Below, piece after piece: positions 45,393 through 54,312 of a stretch of 64,000 nucleotides of DNA (positions are counted from its first letter, which is position 1; each line of letters opens with the position of its first letter). The stretch covers positions 14,299-78,298 of the forward strand of contig CAYYJS010000007.1 in the NCBI GenBank assembly GCA_964472315.1, written 5' to 3'. Under the pieces are notes generated by a model. The model did not search any database. It was not told where the DNA came from and saw only the letters and a program-made list of their open reading frames with translations. The stretch is from an uncultured Victivallales bacterium. Lineage in GTDB: Bacteria > Verrucomicrobiota > Kiritimatiellia > UBA8416. A program made the position numbers and the translations under genes.

Positions 45393-46141
45393 TATGCGTC
45401 ACCTCTGAAGTTGGCCGTGAACATGCGGGACTTGTTCCGGGCCCACGTTTCGGGCAGTTTGCCGTTCTCGATCAGCACCTTCTCCATCGATTCCTGGTTG
45501 GCGTTATCGACCATGCCTCGGCAGGCCTCGCAGGGAATCCCGTCGGCGGGGCAGGGCGCCCCGCAACCGGCGCGGGCGATGGGACCGAGACAATGGTCGC
45601 CGTCGTCATAGCGGCATACGGTGCCGCGCCGTTTGCATTCCATGCAGACGGGATAGGAGGGGATATAGACCTTCGCCGTCCCGTTGACGAGCTGGGTTAC
45701 GACGCGGATGAATTCGCCGCGATCCATCGGGCAGCCATGGACCTCGTAGTCGACTTTGATGGCCGCGGAGATCGGCAAGGCCTTCTTGGATGCCAGGTGC
45801 GGACGGTCCTTGTCGTCGCCGTAGACCTCATTGGCGTAGTCCGACGTATGGTTCTTCAGGGCGTTGATGCCTCCGCAGGTGGCGCAGGCGCCATAGGCGA
45901 CAACCACCTTTGCCCGGTTGCGAATCTCCTCCAGGCGCCGGCGGTCGGATTCGCGCGTAAACGACCCTTCGACGAAGGCCACATCGATGGGACCGGTCGT
46001 CTTCTCGGACATCGCTTCGCGGAACTCGACCGGTTCCACATTCTCCAGGAGTTGGACGAACGGCTCGCCGAAATTCGTCAGTTCAATCTGGCAACCTTCG
46101 CAACAGGCGAAGTCGAACCATGCACATTTTACCTTGGCCAT
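45392..46141 (-). CDS. [NiFe]-hydrogenase small (delta) subunit, group 3b-like
   Basis: Cys clusters FACCEGCQ, GACATCGG and CPM...C typical of the cytoplasmic small subunit. Confidence 0.8.
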   Translation of the reverse strand: MAKVKCAWFDFACCEGCQIELTNFGEPFVQLLENVEPVEFREAMSEKTTGPIDVAFVEGSFTRESDRRRLEEIRNRAKVVVAYGACATCGGINALKNHTSDYANEVYGDDKDRPHLASKKALPISAAIKVDYEVHGCPMDRGEFIRVVTQLVNGTAKVYIPSYPVCMECKRRGTVCRYDDGDHCLGPIARAGCGAPCPADGIPCEACRGMVDNANQESMEKVLIENGKLPETWARNKSRMFTANFRGDA

Positions 46142-46980
46142 TATATCGCCTCCTCAAGCGCTGCAATGTCGGAGAACCGGAAGACGGGGCCGTCCATACA
46201 GACGTACTTGTCGTTGATCTGGCAGTGACCGCATTTGCCGACACCGCACTTCATGCGACGTTCCAGGTCGACGTAGACGTTCGACCGCGGGATGCCGAGC
46301 TTGTCGATCTCGGCGATCACGAACTTGTACATGATCGGCGGACCGCAGATGATGACCCGCGTGTCGGGACCGATATCCCCGACCTTCGGGAACAGCGTGG
46401 TAATCACGCCGACGTTCCCTTCCCAGCCATGGGCGGGACGGTCGACGGTTTCAAGATAGCGCATGCAGGAGCTGCATCGCCACATCTCCAGGTCCTCCGC
46501 GAACAGCAGGTCGCTCGGGCTCTTGGCGCCGAAGAACAGCGTGAACTTGCCGAACTCGTCGCGCCGATCCAGGATATACTGGATCATGCTGCGCACGGGG
46601 CACAACCCGATGCCGCCGGCGACGATGAGGACGTCGTGGCCTCTGAACTCCTGCACCGGGAAGCCGTTGCCGAGCGGGCCGCGCACGGTCAGCGTATCGC
46701 CGACATTCTGCGATGCGATGGCGCTGGAGACCTTGCCGATGACGCGGACGACCAGATCGAAACGGTCTCCGCTGGTGGGCGAACTGGCCATGCCCAGCGG
46801 AATCTCGCCGTAGCCGAAGCGGCCGACTTCGACGATCTGGCCGGGTTGGTACTCGAACTTGCCGCCGTTCCGCAGCTTGAGTCGGAAGTGTTTCTCGGTG
46901 GCGGTGATCATGTCGGCTTTGACGATCTCCGCGACCTGCGGGAGAAAGATGTTCTCGTTGGTTGTATGACAGGCGGACAT
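46141..46980 (-). CDS. Sulfhydrogenase gamma-like subunit (FAD/NAD(P)-binding oxidoreductase with C-terminal [2Fe-2S]; AsrB/PyrK-like)
   Basis: Ferredoxin-reductase-type FAD/NAD folds plus C-terminal CGVGKCGHCQ cluster motif. Confidence 0.8.
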   Translation of the reverse strand: MSACHTTNENIFLPQVAEIVKADMITATEKHFRLKLRNGGKFEYQPGQIVEVGRFGYGEIPLGMASSPTSGDRFDLVVRVIGKVSSAIASQNVGDTLTVRGPLGNGFPVQEFRGHDVLIVAGGIGLCPVRSMIQYILDRRDEFGKFTLFFGAKSPSDLLFAEDLEMWRCSSCMRYLETVDRPAHGWEGNVGVITTLFPKVGDIGPDTRVIICGPPIMYKFVIAEIDKLGIPRSNVYVDLERRMKCGVGKCGHCQINDKYVCMDGPVFRFSDIAALEEAI

Positions 46981-46982
46981 GC

Positions 46983-48005
46983 TTACTGCTCCATGATCTT
47001 GTTGATGACAGTGGCGGGGTTCGCGATGTTGGCCGTGCAGGCACCCGAACAGCGGCCGCAGCCGGTGCAGGCCGGGCCGCCCAGCACGTCGTTAAGGTAG
47101 GCCGCTTTGCGCATGAACCGGTGGCGATAGCGCTCGCTGCGGTCCTCGCGGAAGTTCTCGGTGCCACCCATGGACGTGACCTCGGAGAACTCGCTCGTCA
47201 GGCAGGCATCCCACAGGCGGAAACGCGTGCCGGACTTGCCATCCACGTTCCATTCGTCCTGCACGTCGAAGCAGTAGCACGTCGGGCAGACGATGTTGCA
47301 GCTCCCGCAGGAGAAGCAATCCTTGGACAGTTCCTCCCAGACCGGCGAGGAAAAGGACCCGCGAACCTTCTCGCGGATTTCGTCGGCGGTTCCGTTCAGC
47401 TTCTCGGGGCAGTTGCGCTCGGCGTCGGCGTTGGCTTTGGCCGCGGCGGCGACTTGGCGGGTGGTGGCCGGCGTAAAGGTCCCGAGCGCGAGCAGGGACT
47501 CGCCGCGCGGCGTCAGCGTTTCGATCGCGTAACCGCCCGCGATGCGGGTCATGAACAGGTCATGGCCCGTGGCGGGTCGGCCGGCGTTCATCGTGCCGAA
47601 GAACGCGTGCTTGTAGTGGTTCTGGACGCTGGCGCCGATGACGATGGTGGCCTTGCGGTACGCCATGTAGTTGTTGTCGACCTTGCGGTCCTGGTAGAAG
47701 GTGTCCGACATGGCGATCCCCTTGATGTCATAGGGATGCACGCCGAGGAGCACCTGTTCCTTCGGGTCGAGACAGGCTCGGAAGCCGCTCGCATCGAAGG
47801 CGATCAGATCCTGTTTCGTCGGGAAGAACGCCTTCTTCGGCGGCAGGATGGTGGTGTCGTAGTCCAGTCGCAGATCATCCACGGTTTCGAGCCGCTCGAA
47901 TACGAAACGTGTTCGTTTGGCCACGGGCGCGATGACCGGATACTTGCCCATCAGGCCTTCCACGAACGCGGCAAGGTGCTGATCGCTCAGGAAATGTTGC
48001 TGCAT
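46983..48005 (-). CDS. Sulfhydrogenase beta-like subunit ([4Fe-4S] protein, AsrA-like)
   Basis: CFSCGSCNIVCPTCYC and CTGCGRCSGAC motifs. Start moved to MQQHF (48005) preceded by AAGGAT; the ATG at 48020 lacks an RBS. Confidence 0.75.
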   Translation of the reverse strand: MQQHFLSDQHLAAFVEGLMGKYPVIAPVAKRTRFVFERLETVDDLRLDYDTTILPPKKAFFPTKQDLIAFDASGFRACLDPKEQVLLGVHPYDIKGIAMSDTFYQDRKVDNNYMAYRKATIVIGASVQNHYKHAFFGTMNAGRPATGHDLFMTRIAGGYAIETLTPRGESLLALGTFTPATTRQVAAAAKANADAERNCPEKLNGTADEIREKVRGSFSSPVWEELSKDCFSCGSCNIVCPTCYCFDVQDEWNVDGKSGTRFRLWDACLTSEFSEVTSMGGTENFREDRSERYRHRFMRKAAYLNDVLGGPACTGCGRCSGACTANIANPATVINKIMEQ

Positions 48006-48025
48006 GCCATATCCTTTCATGTGCT

Positions 48026-48039
48026 GTTAAAAAATTAAC
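48026..48039. promoter_or_regulatory. Second copy of the GTTAAAAAATTAAC motif, in the 5' leader 21 nt upstream of the [NiFe]-hydrogenase operon start
   Basis: Identical 15-mer to the one at 33899..33913. Confidence 0.4.
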
Positions 48040-48147
48040 AGATCGGTGTTTAGCGCGAAACTACCATGCGTCGCTGGCCACATCAAGCAGTTATCTGAAG
48101 AAATCCCACCCGTGCCCGCCGCAGGGGGCAAAAGGCCTGTCAGCAAC

Positions 48148-48681
48148 TCAATCCTTGGCGCCCTGTGCCGTCTTCAGAGCCTGGAGCTGCGCCTCGTACA
48201 GCGCGCGCGCCTTCGTCAGCAGCGCTTCCTTCTCCGAGTCGCGTGCCGCATCGCGCGCGTTTTGCTCCTTGGATTGGCCCTTCTTTCGATTCGTTTCGAG
48301 CGTCCGTTCCTCGGCGGCCTTGGCCATATCCTTGGCGGACAGATCGGAGGCCTTGGCGTCGGCGTCGCTCTTGTCCTCGTATTCCTTCATGGTGCGGACC
48401 TTGCCCGGCCCGCATGCGGCGCGCGGGAAAGCCTTGTTGCCCAGCGCTTCGTCATTTCGCCATTCCTTCTGGGCTTGCGCCATGGCCTTCGCGGAGAGCC
48501 GCGATTCCAGTGCGATCTCGGCCTCGGCAGCCTTGAACGCTTCAGGGCTCATGACCACATAGCTCACACTGCCGTCCCACGCATCGACTTTGACGAGCAG
48601 GAACCGATCACGGGCCACGGCCGGCGTCGCGGCCATGAGCACAAGGGCCAGCAAGCTCGCAAATAATTGAGTGCTTTTCAT
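48148..48681 (-). CDS. Secreted Ala/Lys/Glu-rich protein of unknown function
   Basis: Signal peptide MKSTQLFASLLALVLMAATPAVA; charged, coiled-coil-like remainder. Confidence 0.5.
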   Translation of the reverse strand: MKSTQLFASLLALVLMAATPAVARDRFLLVKVDAWDGSVSYVVMSPEAFKAAEAEIALESRLSAKAMAQAQKEWRNDEALGNKAFPRAACGPGKVRTMKEYEDKSDADAKASDLSAKDMAKAAEERTLETNRKKGQSKEQNARDAARDSEKEALLTKARALYEAQLQALKTAQGAKD

Positions 48682-48703
48682 CGAACGACCTTCCGTTATC
48701 GGG

Positions 48704-48925
48704 CTACGCGGCACGTTCTACCACGATCGCCGGGTTGACCTGCTCGCGCAAAATGCGTTCTATGCCCTGTTTCAGCGTCATCATGGCGTGCGGACAGCCC
48801 CCGCACGCGCCTTTGAGACGCAGTTTGACGTTGGTGCCGTCAATTGCCACGACTTCGAGATCGCCGCCGTCAGCCTGCAGCATCCCGCGAAGCTGTTCGA
48901 GTTTGTCACGAATCTGCTGTTCCAT
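48704..48925 (-). CDS. NifU-like (Nfu) Fe-S cluster scaffold domain protein
   Basis: GACGGCPHAMMTLKQGIE motif (CxxC of the Nfu domain). Confidence 0.7.
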   Translation of the reverse strand: MEQQIRDKLEQLRGMLQADGGDLEVVAIDGTNVKLRLKGACGGCPHAMMTLKQGIERILREQVNPAIVVERAA

Positions 48926-49020
48926 AGAGGTATCTTCCTTTCGCGCTTGTTCCATGGCTGAATGCCACTAAAATCGTGGCACCATTGCATGGGAACGGCA
49001 AGGAGAAACTGGCGTTGAGC

Positions 49021-50097
49021 ATGGGGCATAGTCTGGAATCGATACCACGAGGCACGGTTGCGGTGGGCATGAGCGGCGGTGTCGATAGCAGTGTCGCGGC
49101 GTCGCTGGCGATCGAGACCGGGCGGCCGGTGATCGGCGTGACGGCGCGGATGACGACCGAGCATTCCCGGTGTTGTTCAGAGGAAGACACCTCCCGTGCC
49201 GCGCGCGTCTGCGAACAGCTTGGGATCGCGCATCATGTCATAGACGTGCGGGAGGCCTTCGCCCGCCGGGTGGTCGATTACTTCGCCGATTCCTACATTG
49301 CCGGTCGTACGCCGAGCCCGTGCGTGGTCTGCAACCGTGCGATCAAGTTCGGCGCGTTGCTCGACGGGGTTCGTGCCCTCGGTGCGTCCGTTCTGGCGAC
49401 TGGCCATTACGCGCGCAGGTCGATTGCTCCGGACGGTCGCCCGGAGCTGCGGCGTGGGGCCGATCCCGTGAAGGACCAGTCCTATTTTTTGGCACGCCTG
49501 ACGCCCGACCAGCTCGCCGCCGCGGCGTTTCCGCTCGGCGATCTGCATAAGTCGCATGTGCTGGCGATGGCCGCGACGCGCGGTCTGGTGGGGCGCGCCG
49601 GTCGGGAGAGTCAGGAGCTGTGTTTTGTCACCTCCGGAACATCTGGCGACTGGATCGACCTGCGGCGCCTCGACGCGCCGCCGGGCGGCGACTTTGTCGA
49701 CGCCGCGGGACGCGTTCTCGGAAGGCATTCGGGTATTCATCACTACACGGTGGGGCAGCGCAAGGGGTTGGGGATTGCATTGGGCTATCCCGCTTTCGTG
49801 ACGGCGATCGATCCGTCCACGAACCGGGTCGTCGTCGGACCGCGCGCGGCGGCCATGCGGGGGGACATGCGGGTGACGGAGGTGGCATGGCTGGCGGAGC
49901 CGCCGCCCGCGGCGGACTTCCGTTGTGCCGTGCAGATCCGATATCGCCACGACGCAGTGGCGTGCCGCGTCACGGAACTTGTGTCGGGGACGTACGATGT
50001 CGTTTTCGACGCGCCGCAGTTTGCCGTTGCGCCGGGTCAACTCGCGGCGTTCTACGATGGCGCGCGCGTGCTCGGCGCGGGATGGATCGTGGGGTAG
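49021..50097 (+). CDS. mnmA: tRNA-specific 2-thiouridylase MnmA
   Basis: VAVGMSGGVDSSVAA PP-loop, catalytic Cys residues, HYAR motif. Start at MGHSLE (49021); alternative ATG at 48976. Confidence 0.85.
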   Translation: MGHSLESIPRGTVAVGMSGGVDSSVAASLAIETGRPVIGVTARMTTEHSRCCSEEDTSRAARVCEQLGIAHHVIDVREAFARRVVDYFADSYIAGRTPSPCVVCNRAIKFGALLDGVRALGASVLATGHYARRSIAPDGRPELRRGADPVKDQSYFLARLTPDQLAAAAFPLGDLHKSHVLAMAATRGLVGRAGRESQELCFVTSGTSGDWIDLRRLDAPPGGDFVDAAGRVLGRHSGIHHYTVGQRKGLGIALGYPAFVTAIDPSTNRVVVGPRAAAMRGDMRVTEVAWLAEPPPAADFRCAVQIRYRHDAVACRVTELVSGTYDVVFDAPQFAVAPGQLAAFYDGARVLGAGWIVG

Positions 50098-50178
50098 CGG
50101 CGCGGGTGTGGGGCGGGGGGATGACGGTCGGGAGCGCGAGGGATTTGACGGTTTCCGGATCGTATTCTAGCATGCCTC

Positions 50179-51069
50179 ATGCTTTTTCTCATTCTCGCCT
50201 CGGTCCTTTGGTCGCTTTCGTTCGGTCTGATCAAGCGGACGCTGAGCGGCGTCGATGCCGACCTGACGGCTTTTCTGCGGCTGGCCATCGCCTTCCTGGT
50301 CTTTGCGCCGTTCCTGCGGCCGGGATGCGTCCGTGGCGCGATGCGGGTCCGTCTGGCGATGATCGGCGCGGTGCAGTACGGCGTCATGTATACGCTGTAC
50401 ATACGCGCCTATGCGTGTCTGGACGCGCACGAAGTGGCGCTGCTGACCGTGCTGACGCCGATTCTGGTTGTCGTCTGCGACGACCTTGTCGAACGCCAAT
50501 TCAGCCGCACGAGCTTCCTGGCCGCCGGGTTGGCGGCGGCGGGCGCGGGCTACCTCGTGGCCGGCCCCGATCTGACCTGGCCGCGATTGCGCGGGGTCGG
50601 GGTGCTGCAACTTTCCAACCTCTGTTTCGCGGTCGGGCAGGTTGCCTATCGGCGTATCCGGTTGCCAGGCCGGGGGGTGGAACCAACCTCGGCGTCCGAC
50701 CTTGCCGCGTTCGCCTGGCTGTATGCCGGTGCGGCGCTGACGGCCGGCACGGCGTGGGCCGTCACCGGTGGGATGGGAGGCATGGACGAACTGACGTCGC
50801 GGCAATGGCTGGCCATTCTCTACCTGGGCGTCCTGCCGTCCGGCGTCGGGTTCTTTCTCTGGAACGTGGGCGCGCGGCGTGTCCCCGCGGGGGTGCTGGC
50901 GGTCATGAACAACCTGAAGGTGCCGCTGGCCGTCGCGCTGGCGTTCGCGTGTTTCGGGGAGCGGGGCCATCTCGCGCGACTGCTGCCGGCCTGCACGGCC
51001 CTGGCCGTGGCGCTGTGGGCGGCGCACGGACCGCGGGTCAACCGGCAATCGCCTTCACGATCAGACTGA
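50179..51069 (+). CDS. EamA/DMT-family transporter (10 TM)
   Basis: Two EamA repeats; hydrophobic throughout. Confidence 0.75.
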   Translation: MLFLILASVLWSLSFGLIKRTLSGVDADLTAFLRLAIAFLVFAPFLRPGCVRGAMRVRLAMIGAVQYGVMYTLYIRAYACLDAHEVALLTVLTPILVVVCDDLVERQFSRTSFLAAGLAAAGAGYLVAGPDLTWPRLRGVGVLQLSNLCFAVGQVAYRRIRLPGRGVEPTSASDLAAFAWLYAGAALTAGTAWAVTGGMGGMDELTSRQWLAILYLGVLPSGVGFFLWNVGARRVPAGVLAVMNNLKVPLAVALAFACFGERGHLARLLPACTALAVALWAAHGPRVNRQSPSRSD

Positions 51070-51174
51070 CCGACGCCGCCGACAGGGCAAGATAGAGAAT
51101 GGCTGTGTAGTGATGCTGACGGGTGAAGGCGATCCAGGCGAGATCCGTGGTCGTATAGCCGTTCGGCCACATGA

Positions 51175-51741
51175 CTACGCACGCGACAGGAACTCGCTGG
51201 TGCGCGTGTCGACGCGGATGACCTCGCCGGAGGAGAGGTACTCGGGAACCTGAACGACCAACCCCGTACTCAGTGTCGCCGGTTTCGTGCGGGCCGTGGC
51301 CGAGGCGCCGCGCACCGAGGGGTCGCAGGCGACGACTTCGAGCGTGGCCACGGCCGGCAGTTCGATGCCGATGACGCGGCCATCGCTTACCAGGGCTACG
51401 ATACCTTCCATGTCCTCGGTGATGAACTGCCGCTCGTACGAAATGTCGTCATCGTTGAACGCGATCTCGCTGAAGTTCTCGGCATCCATGAAGGTGCTGG
51501 TGTTGGCATTGGCGTACGAAAACTGGATCGGGCGCTTCTCGAACTGGCAGGGGTCAAGCATGTCGTCGCCCTTCAACGCCTTGTCCACCTTGTTTTTCGT
51601 CCGCAGATTCCTGAAACGGAAACGGTACAGGCTGGCCGACCCGCGCGCGGAAGGGGTCGAAACGGACAGTTGCTCGACGACGTGCGGCATGCCGTCGATC
51701 GCGACGACATCGCCCCGTTTGACATCACATGCCTTGGGCAT
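51175..51741 (-). CDS. efp: Elongation factor P
   Basis: 188 aa; RBS GAGGTG; KOW-like N-terminus with the modified-Lys-loop region and two OB domains. Confidence 0.9.
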   Translation of the reverse strand: MPKACDVKRGDVVAIDGMPHVVEQLSVSTPSARGSASLYRFRFRNLRTKNKVDKALKGDDMLDPCQFEKRPIQFSYANANTSTFMDAENFSEIAFNDDDISYERQFITEDMEGIVALVSDGRVIGIELPAVATLEVVACDPSVRGASATARTKPATLSTGLVVQVPEYLSSGEVIRVDTRTSEFLSRA

Positions 51742-51834
51742 CGTTACACCTCGTGGATGGCGGGTTTCGGAAAGCGCCAAACGTATGCGCGGGAGGCACC
51801 GCAAGGCAAGCTTGTTCGTCGGGCGCCGTTCCCG

Positions 51835-52848
51835 CTAGGCCGACCGCTTGACGAGGCGGATGCGTCGCCGTGTGGTAGGCGGCTTCTCCGGCTCCGGCGG
51901 CGCATGCTTGCGGATGACGATCTGCCGCTTGCCGCCGTTGCCGCCGATTGCCGCGAAGCGGGCACGCGGCGGCGGCATGATGACGCAGTCTACCGGCGAC
52001 GCGCGTTTTCGGATGACGATGCGGCCCTTGGACAGCTTGCCTACTTCGGATACGACCTCATCCCACGATGCGTACCGATCGGCCGGAGCACGCATCATGA
52101 GCTTCTCCATTACGGAGATCACCCCGGGCGGCAGCGTGGGGTTGACCTGTCGCGGCGGCGGCAGGTAGCCGTGTCTTTGGCCCTCCATGGCTTCCGTCGG
52201 CGAAAGCTCGCCGAAGGGCATCCGGCCGGTCAGCATGTGGTAGAGACTGGCGCCGAGCGCGTACATGTCGCAGCGGAAGTCCAGCGTGTCGTTCCCGGCG
52301 GCCTGCTCCGGCGACATGTAGTACGGGGTGCCGACGATCATGCCGGGTGTCGCGGCGACCATCGGATGGAGCGGATCGAGGCGCAGACTGATGCCCACGT
52401 AAGCCAGCTTGATGGCGCCGTCCGCGTCGATGCGCATACTGCGCGGCGTCACATTGCGGTGGATCATGGACAACTCGCGCCATGCGTGCTGAAGCGCGTC
52501 CGCGATCGCTTCGGCGATGCGGAGGGCGCGGGACAGCGAAAGCGGCTGCCCGGAGGTCAGCAGGTCGGCCACGCGCGGGCCGTCCACATGCTCCATGACC
52601 AGGTAGCTCACCGGGTTGGCCTCGACGGCATCGTAGATGGACACGATATTCGGATGGTTAAGCCTCGCCGTGTGCTTGGCTTCATCGATGAACCGCCTGA
52701 CCTCGCCGTCGGCGATCGCGCAATCGGGCTTGAGGACCTTGATGGAAACGACGCGCTGCAAAGACTGCTGATACGCCTTGAAGACGTCGGTCACGCAGCT
52801 TTCCCCGATCCGTTCGAGGATATCGAAGCCTGGTATGTCGTATGCCAT
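51835..52848 (-). CDS. Ser/Thr protein kinase-like protein lacking both catalytic Asp residues (predicted pseudokinase) with basic C-terminal tail
   Basis: Kinase fold (ERIGESCVTDVFKA..., VVSIKVL, GTPYYMSPE). HRD loop reads IHRNVTPRS and DFG reads AYVGIS. Start at MAYDIPGF (52848). Confidence 0.7.
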   Translation of the reverse strand: MAYDIPGFDILERIGESCVTDVFKAYQQSLQRVVSIKVLKPDCAIADGEVRRFIDEAKHTARLNHPNIVSIYDAVEANPVSYLVMEHVDGPRVADLLTSGQPLSLSRALRIAEAIADALQHAWRELSMIHRNVTPRSMRIDADGAIKLAYVGISLRLDPLHPMVAATPGMIVGTPYYMSPEQAAGNDTLDFRCDMYALGASLYHMLTGRMPFGELSPTEAMEGQRHGYLPPPRQVNPTLPPGVISVMEKLMMRAPADRYASWDEVVSEVGKLSKGRIVIRKRASPVDCVIMPPPRARFAAIGGNGGKRQIVIRKHAPPEPEKPPTTRRRIRLVKRSA

Positions 52849-53212
52849 GGCGTAGTCTTGTACCCTAAGAACGTGCGCCGGAATAGCATTATTGGAAAAA
52901 AGGGGGGAGAAGCGGCGAAGACGGCCGTGCGAAAATCCGGACGGGTGAGCGCCGGGTGGTGCACGCGTCGATGAAGGGTCGATACATGCGCGCAACATCG
53001 CAGTGGCGGTGAAGCAGGCGGTGGTGTAGGATACGAGGCTACGGATGGGATCTTCTGGTGAATAGGGATCGGCGAGGCAGGCATGCCGATGGGATGATTG
53101 GTGCGGAGCGAGTGGCGATGCCGGCGATGGTGCCGGGCCTGTCGTCGGGGCTTGCCGCGCAGGTGCGGTGCCTGACGTGTCCGCAACGAGCCGGGATTCA
53201 GGAGGTTTGGCC

Positions 53213-53785
53213 ATGAGGTTGCTGACGACGGTTGCGATAGCGGTTGGATGGCTGGTAGCGGGAGCGTGCATGGATGGGGAGGCGGCAGTGACCAATATCT
53301 ACGACATGACGATGCGTGATATCGACGGGAAGAGCGTGAGCCTTGGATCTTTCAAGGGGCAGGTGATGTTGATCGTCAACGTGGCCAGCAAGTGCGGTTT
53401 CACCGGACAGTACGAAGGGCTGGAGAAACTCTACACGACCTACACGAACCGGGGCTTCGTCGTGCTCGGTTTCCCCGCCAACGATTTCATGGGTCAGGAA
53501 CCGGGCACGGAATCGGAAATCAAACAATTCTGCACGCTGACCTATGGCGTGACCTTCCCCATGTTCGCCAAGGTATCGGTCAAGGGCAAGGACATGCACC
53601 CCCTCTATGCGTTCCTGACATCGAAGGAGACCAACGCGGAGTTTGGTGGTGCGATCGCGTGGAACTTCAACAAGTTTCTGATCGGCCGCGACGGGGCGGT
53701 TCTGGGACGTTTCGGAAGCCGCGTCAAACCGGACGACAGGGATCTGGTCGCTGCCGTGGAAATGGCGCTTGCGGCAACGCCATAG
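53213..53785 (+). CDS. Glutathione peroxidase with signal peptide
   Basis: RBS GGAGG; VNVASKCGFTGQYEGLE (catalytic Cys), LGFPANDF and WNFNKFL Gpx motifs. Confidence 0.85.
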   Translation: MRLLTTVAIAVGWLVAGACMDGEAAVTNIYDMTMRDIDGKSVSLGSFKGQVMLIVNVASKCGFTGQYEGLEKLYTTYTNRGFVVLGFPANDFMGQEPGTESEIKQFCTLTYGVTFPMFAKVSVKGKDMHPLYAFLTSKETNAEFGGAIAWNFNKFLIGRDGAVLGRFGSRVKPDDRDLVAAVEMALAATP

Positions 53786-54076
53786 AGACCCTCGCGAACT
53801 TGCGCTTTCCCCCCCCCTCTCTCGCCCTGCCGTCTGCCCGTGCCGAAACGCAGACACGTGCAAGGCGGCAGGCGACGGAGACTATCGTGCGAATTCCTGT
53901 CGCACCATTGCTTTGCCTTGACCGTGGCAGTCGGTTTCGGTACCTTGCCGCCCGTTGATCTTTTCATCGATGACCGCCTTTCGTGTGTCGATGGTGTTGC
54001 CGTACGGCATCACCGCGGCATGGACATCCCTGAGGAGGGGCGGCGATTGCGAAGAAAAGACCAATGGTTACGGGCT

Positions 54077-54168
54077 GGAGGGTTGGCAGAGCCCGGTTGA
54101 ATGCGCATGACTCGAAATCATGTGTGGCCGTAAGGCCACCGGGGGTTCAAATCCCTCACCCTCCGCCA
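54077..54168 (+). tRNA. tRNA-Ser (anticodon CGA), 92 nt with long variable arm
   Basis: Folds by eye: acceptor GGAGGGT/ACCCTCC, D-stem GCA/TGC, anticodon stem CATGA/TCATG with loop CTCGAAA, variable arm GTGGCC-GTAA-GGCCAC, T-arm GGGGG-TTCAAAT-CCCTC, discriminator G, encoded CCA. Confidence 0.85.
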
Positions 54169-54212
54169 TCCTTCGCCCCGCGGGCTTTGGCTGGCACGCC
54201 ATTTTGAAATTC

Positions 54213-54270
54213 GGCGATTCTTGCCCGCCGAAGCGCCTGGCGCGAAGGGGTCTTGCCACGATCAGACCAG
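54213..54270. repeat. Left copy of ~58-bp imperfect direct repeat flanking the tRNA-Ser island (putative att-like site)
   Basis: GGCGATTCTTGCCCGCCGAAGCGCCTGGCGCGAAGGGG...CCACGATCAGACCA matches 62018..62077 apart from one substitution and a short central indel. Confidence 0.5.
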
Positions 54271-54312
54271 AATCCCCGTCGCCAGAAGCAGGTTTGAAAA
54301 AGAAGCTTCCTG

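Noticed and set aside
48006-48020. ATG at 48020 as start of the sulfhydrogenase beta subunit
   Set aside because: It has no Shine-Dalgarno sequence and the shared AT-rich motif ends only 6 nt upstream. The ATG at 48005 is preceded by AAGGAT at proper spacing. Start moved, confidence moderate.
52849-53295. N-terminal ~150 codons of ORF 51835..53295 (P/S/T-rich) upstream of the kinase-like domain
   Set aside because: There is no kinase or other motif, and it overlaps the divergent gpx promoter region and the gpx start. The kinase-like protein has a sensible start at MAYDIPGF (52848). Treated as non-coding intergenic sequence.
54077-54168. Possibility that the long-arm tRNA is tRNA-Sec or tRNA-Leu
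   Set aside because: Anticodon loop reads CU-CGA-AA (anticodon CGA = Ser). It has a 7-bp acceptor stem, discriminator G and Ser-type variable arm. It is not UCA (Sec) and not a Leu anticodon.
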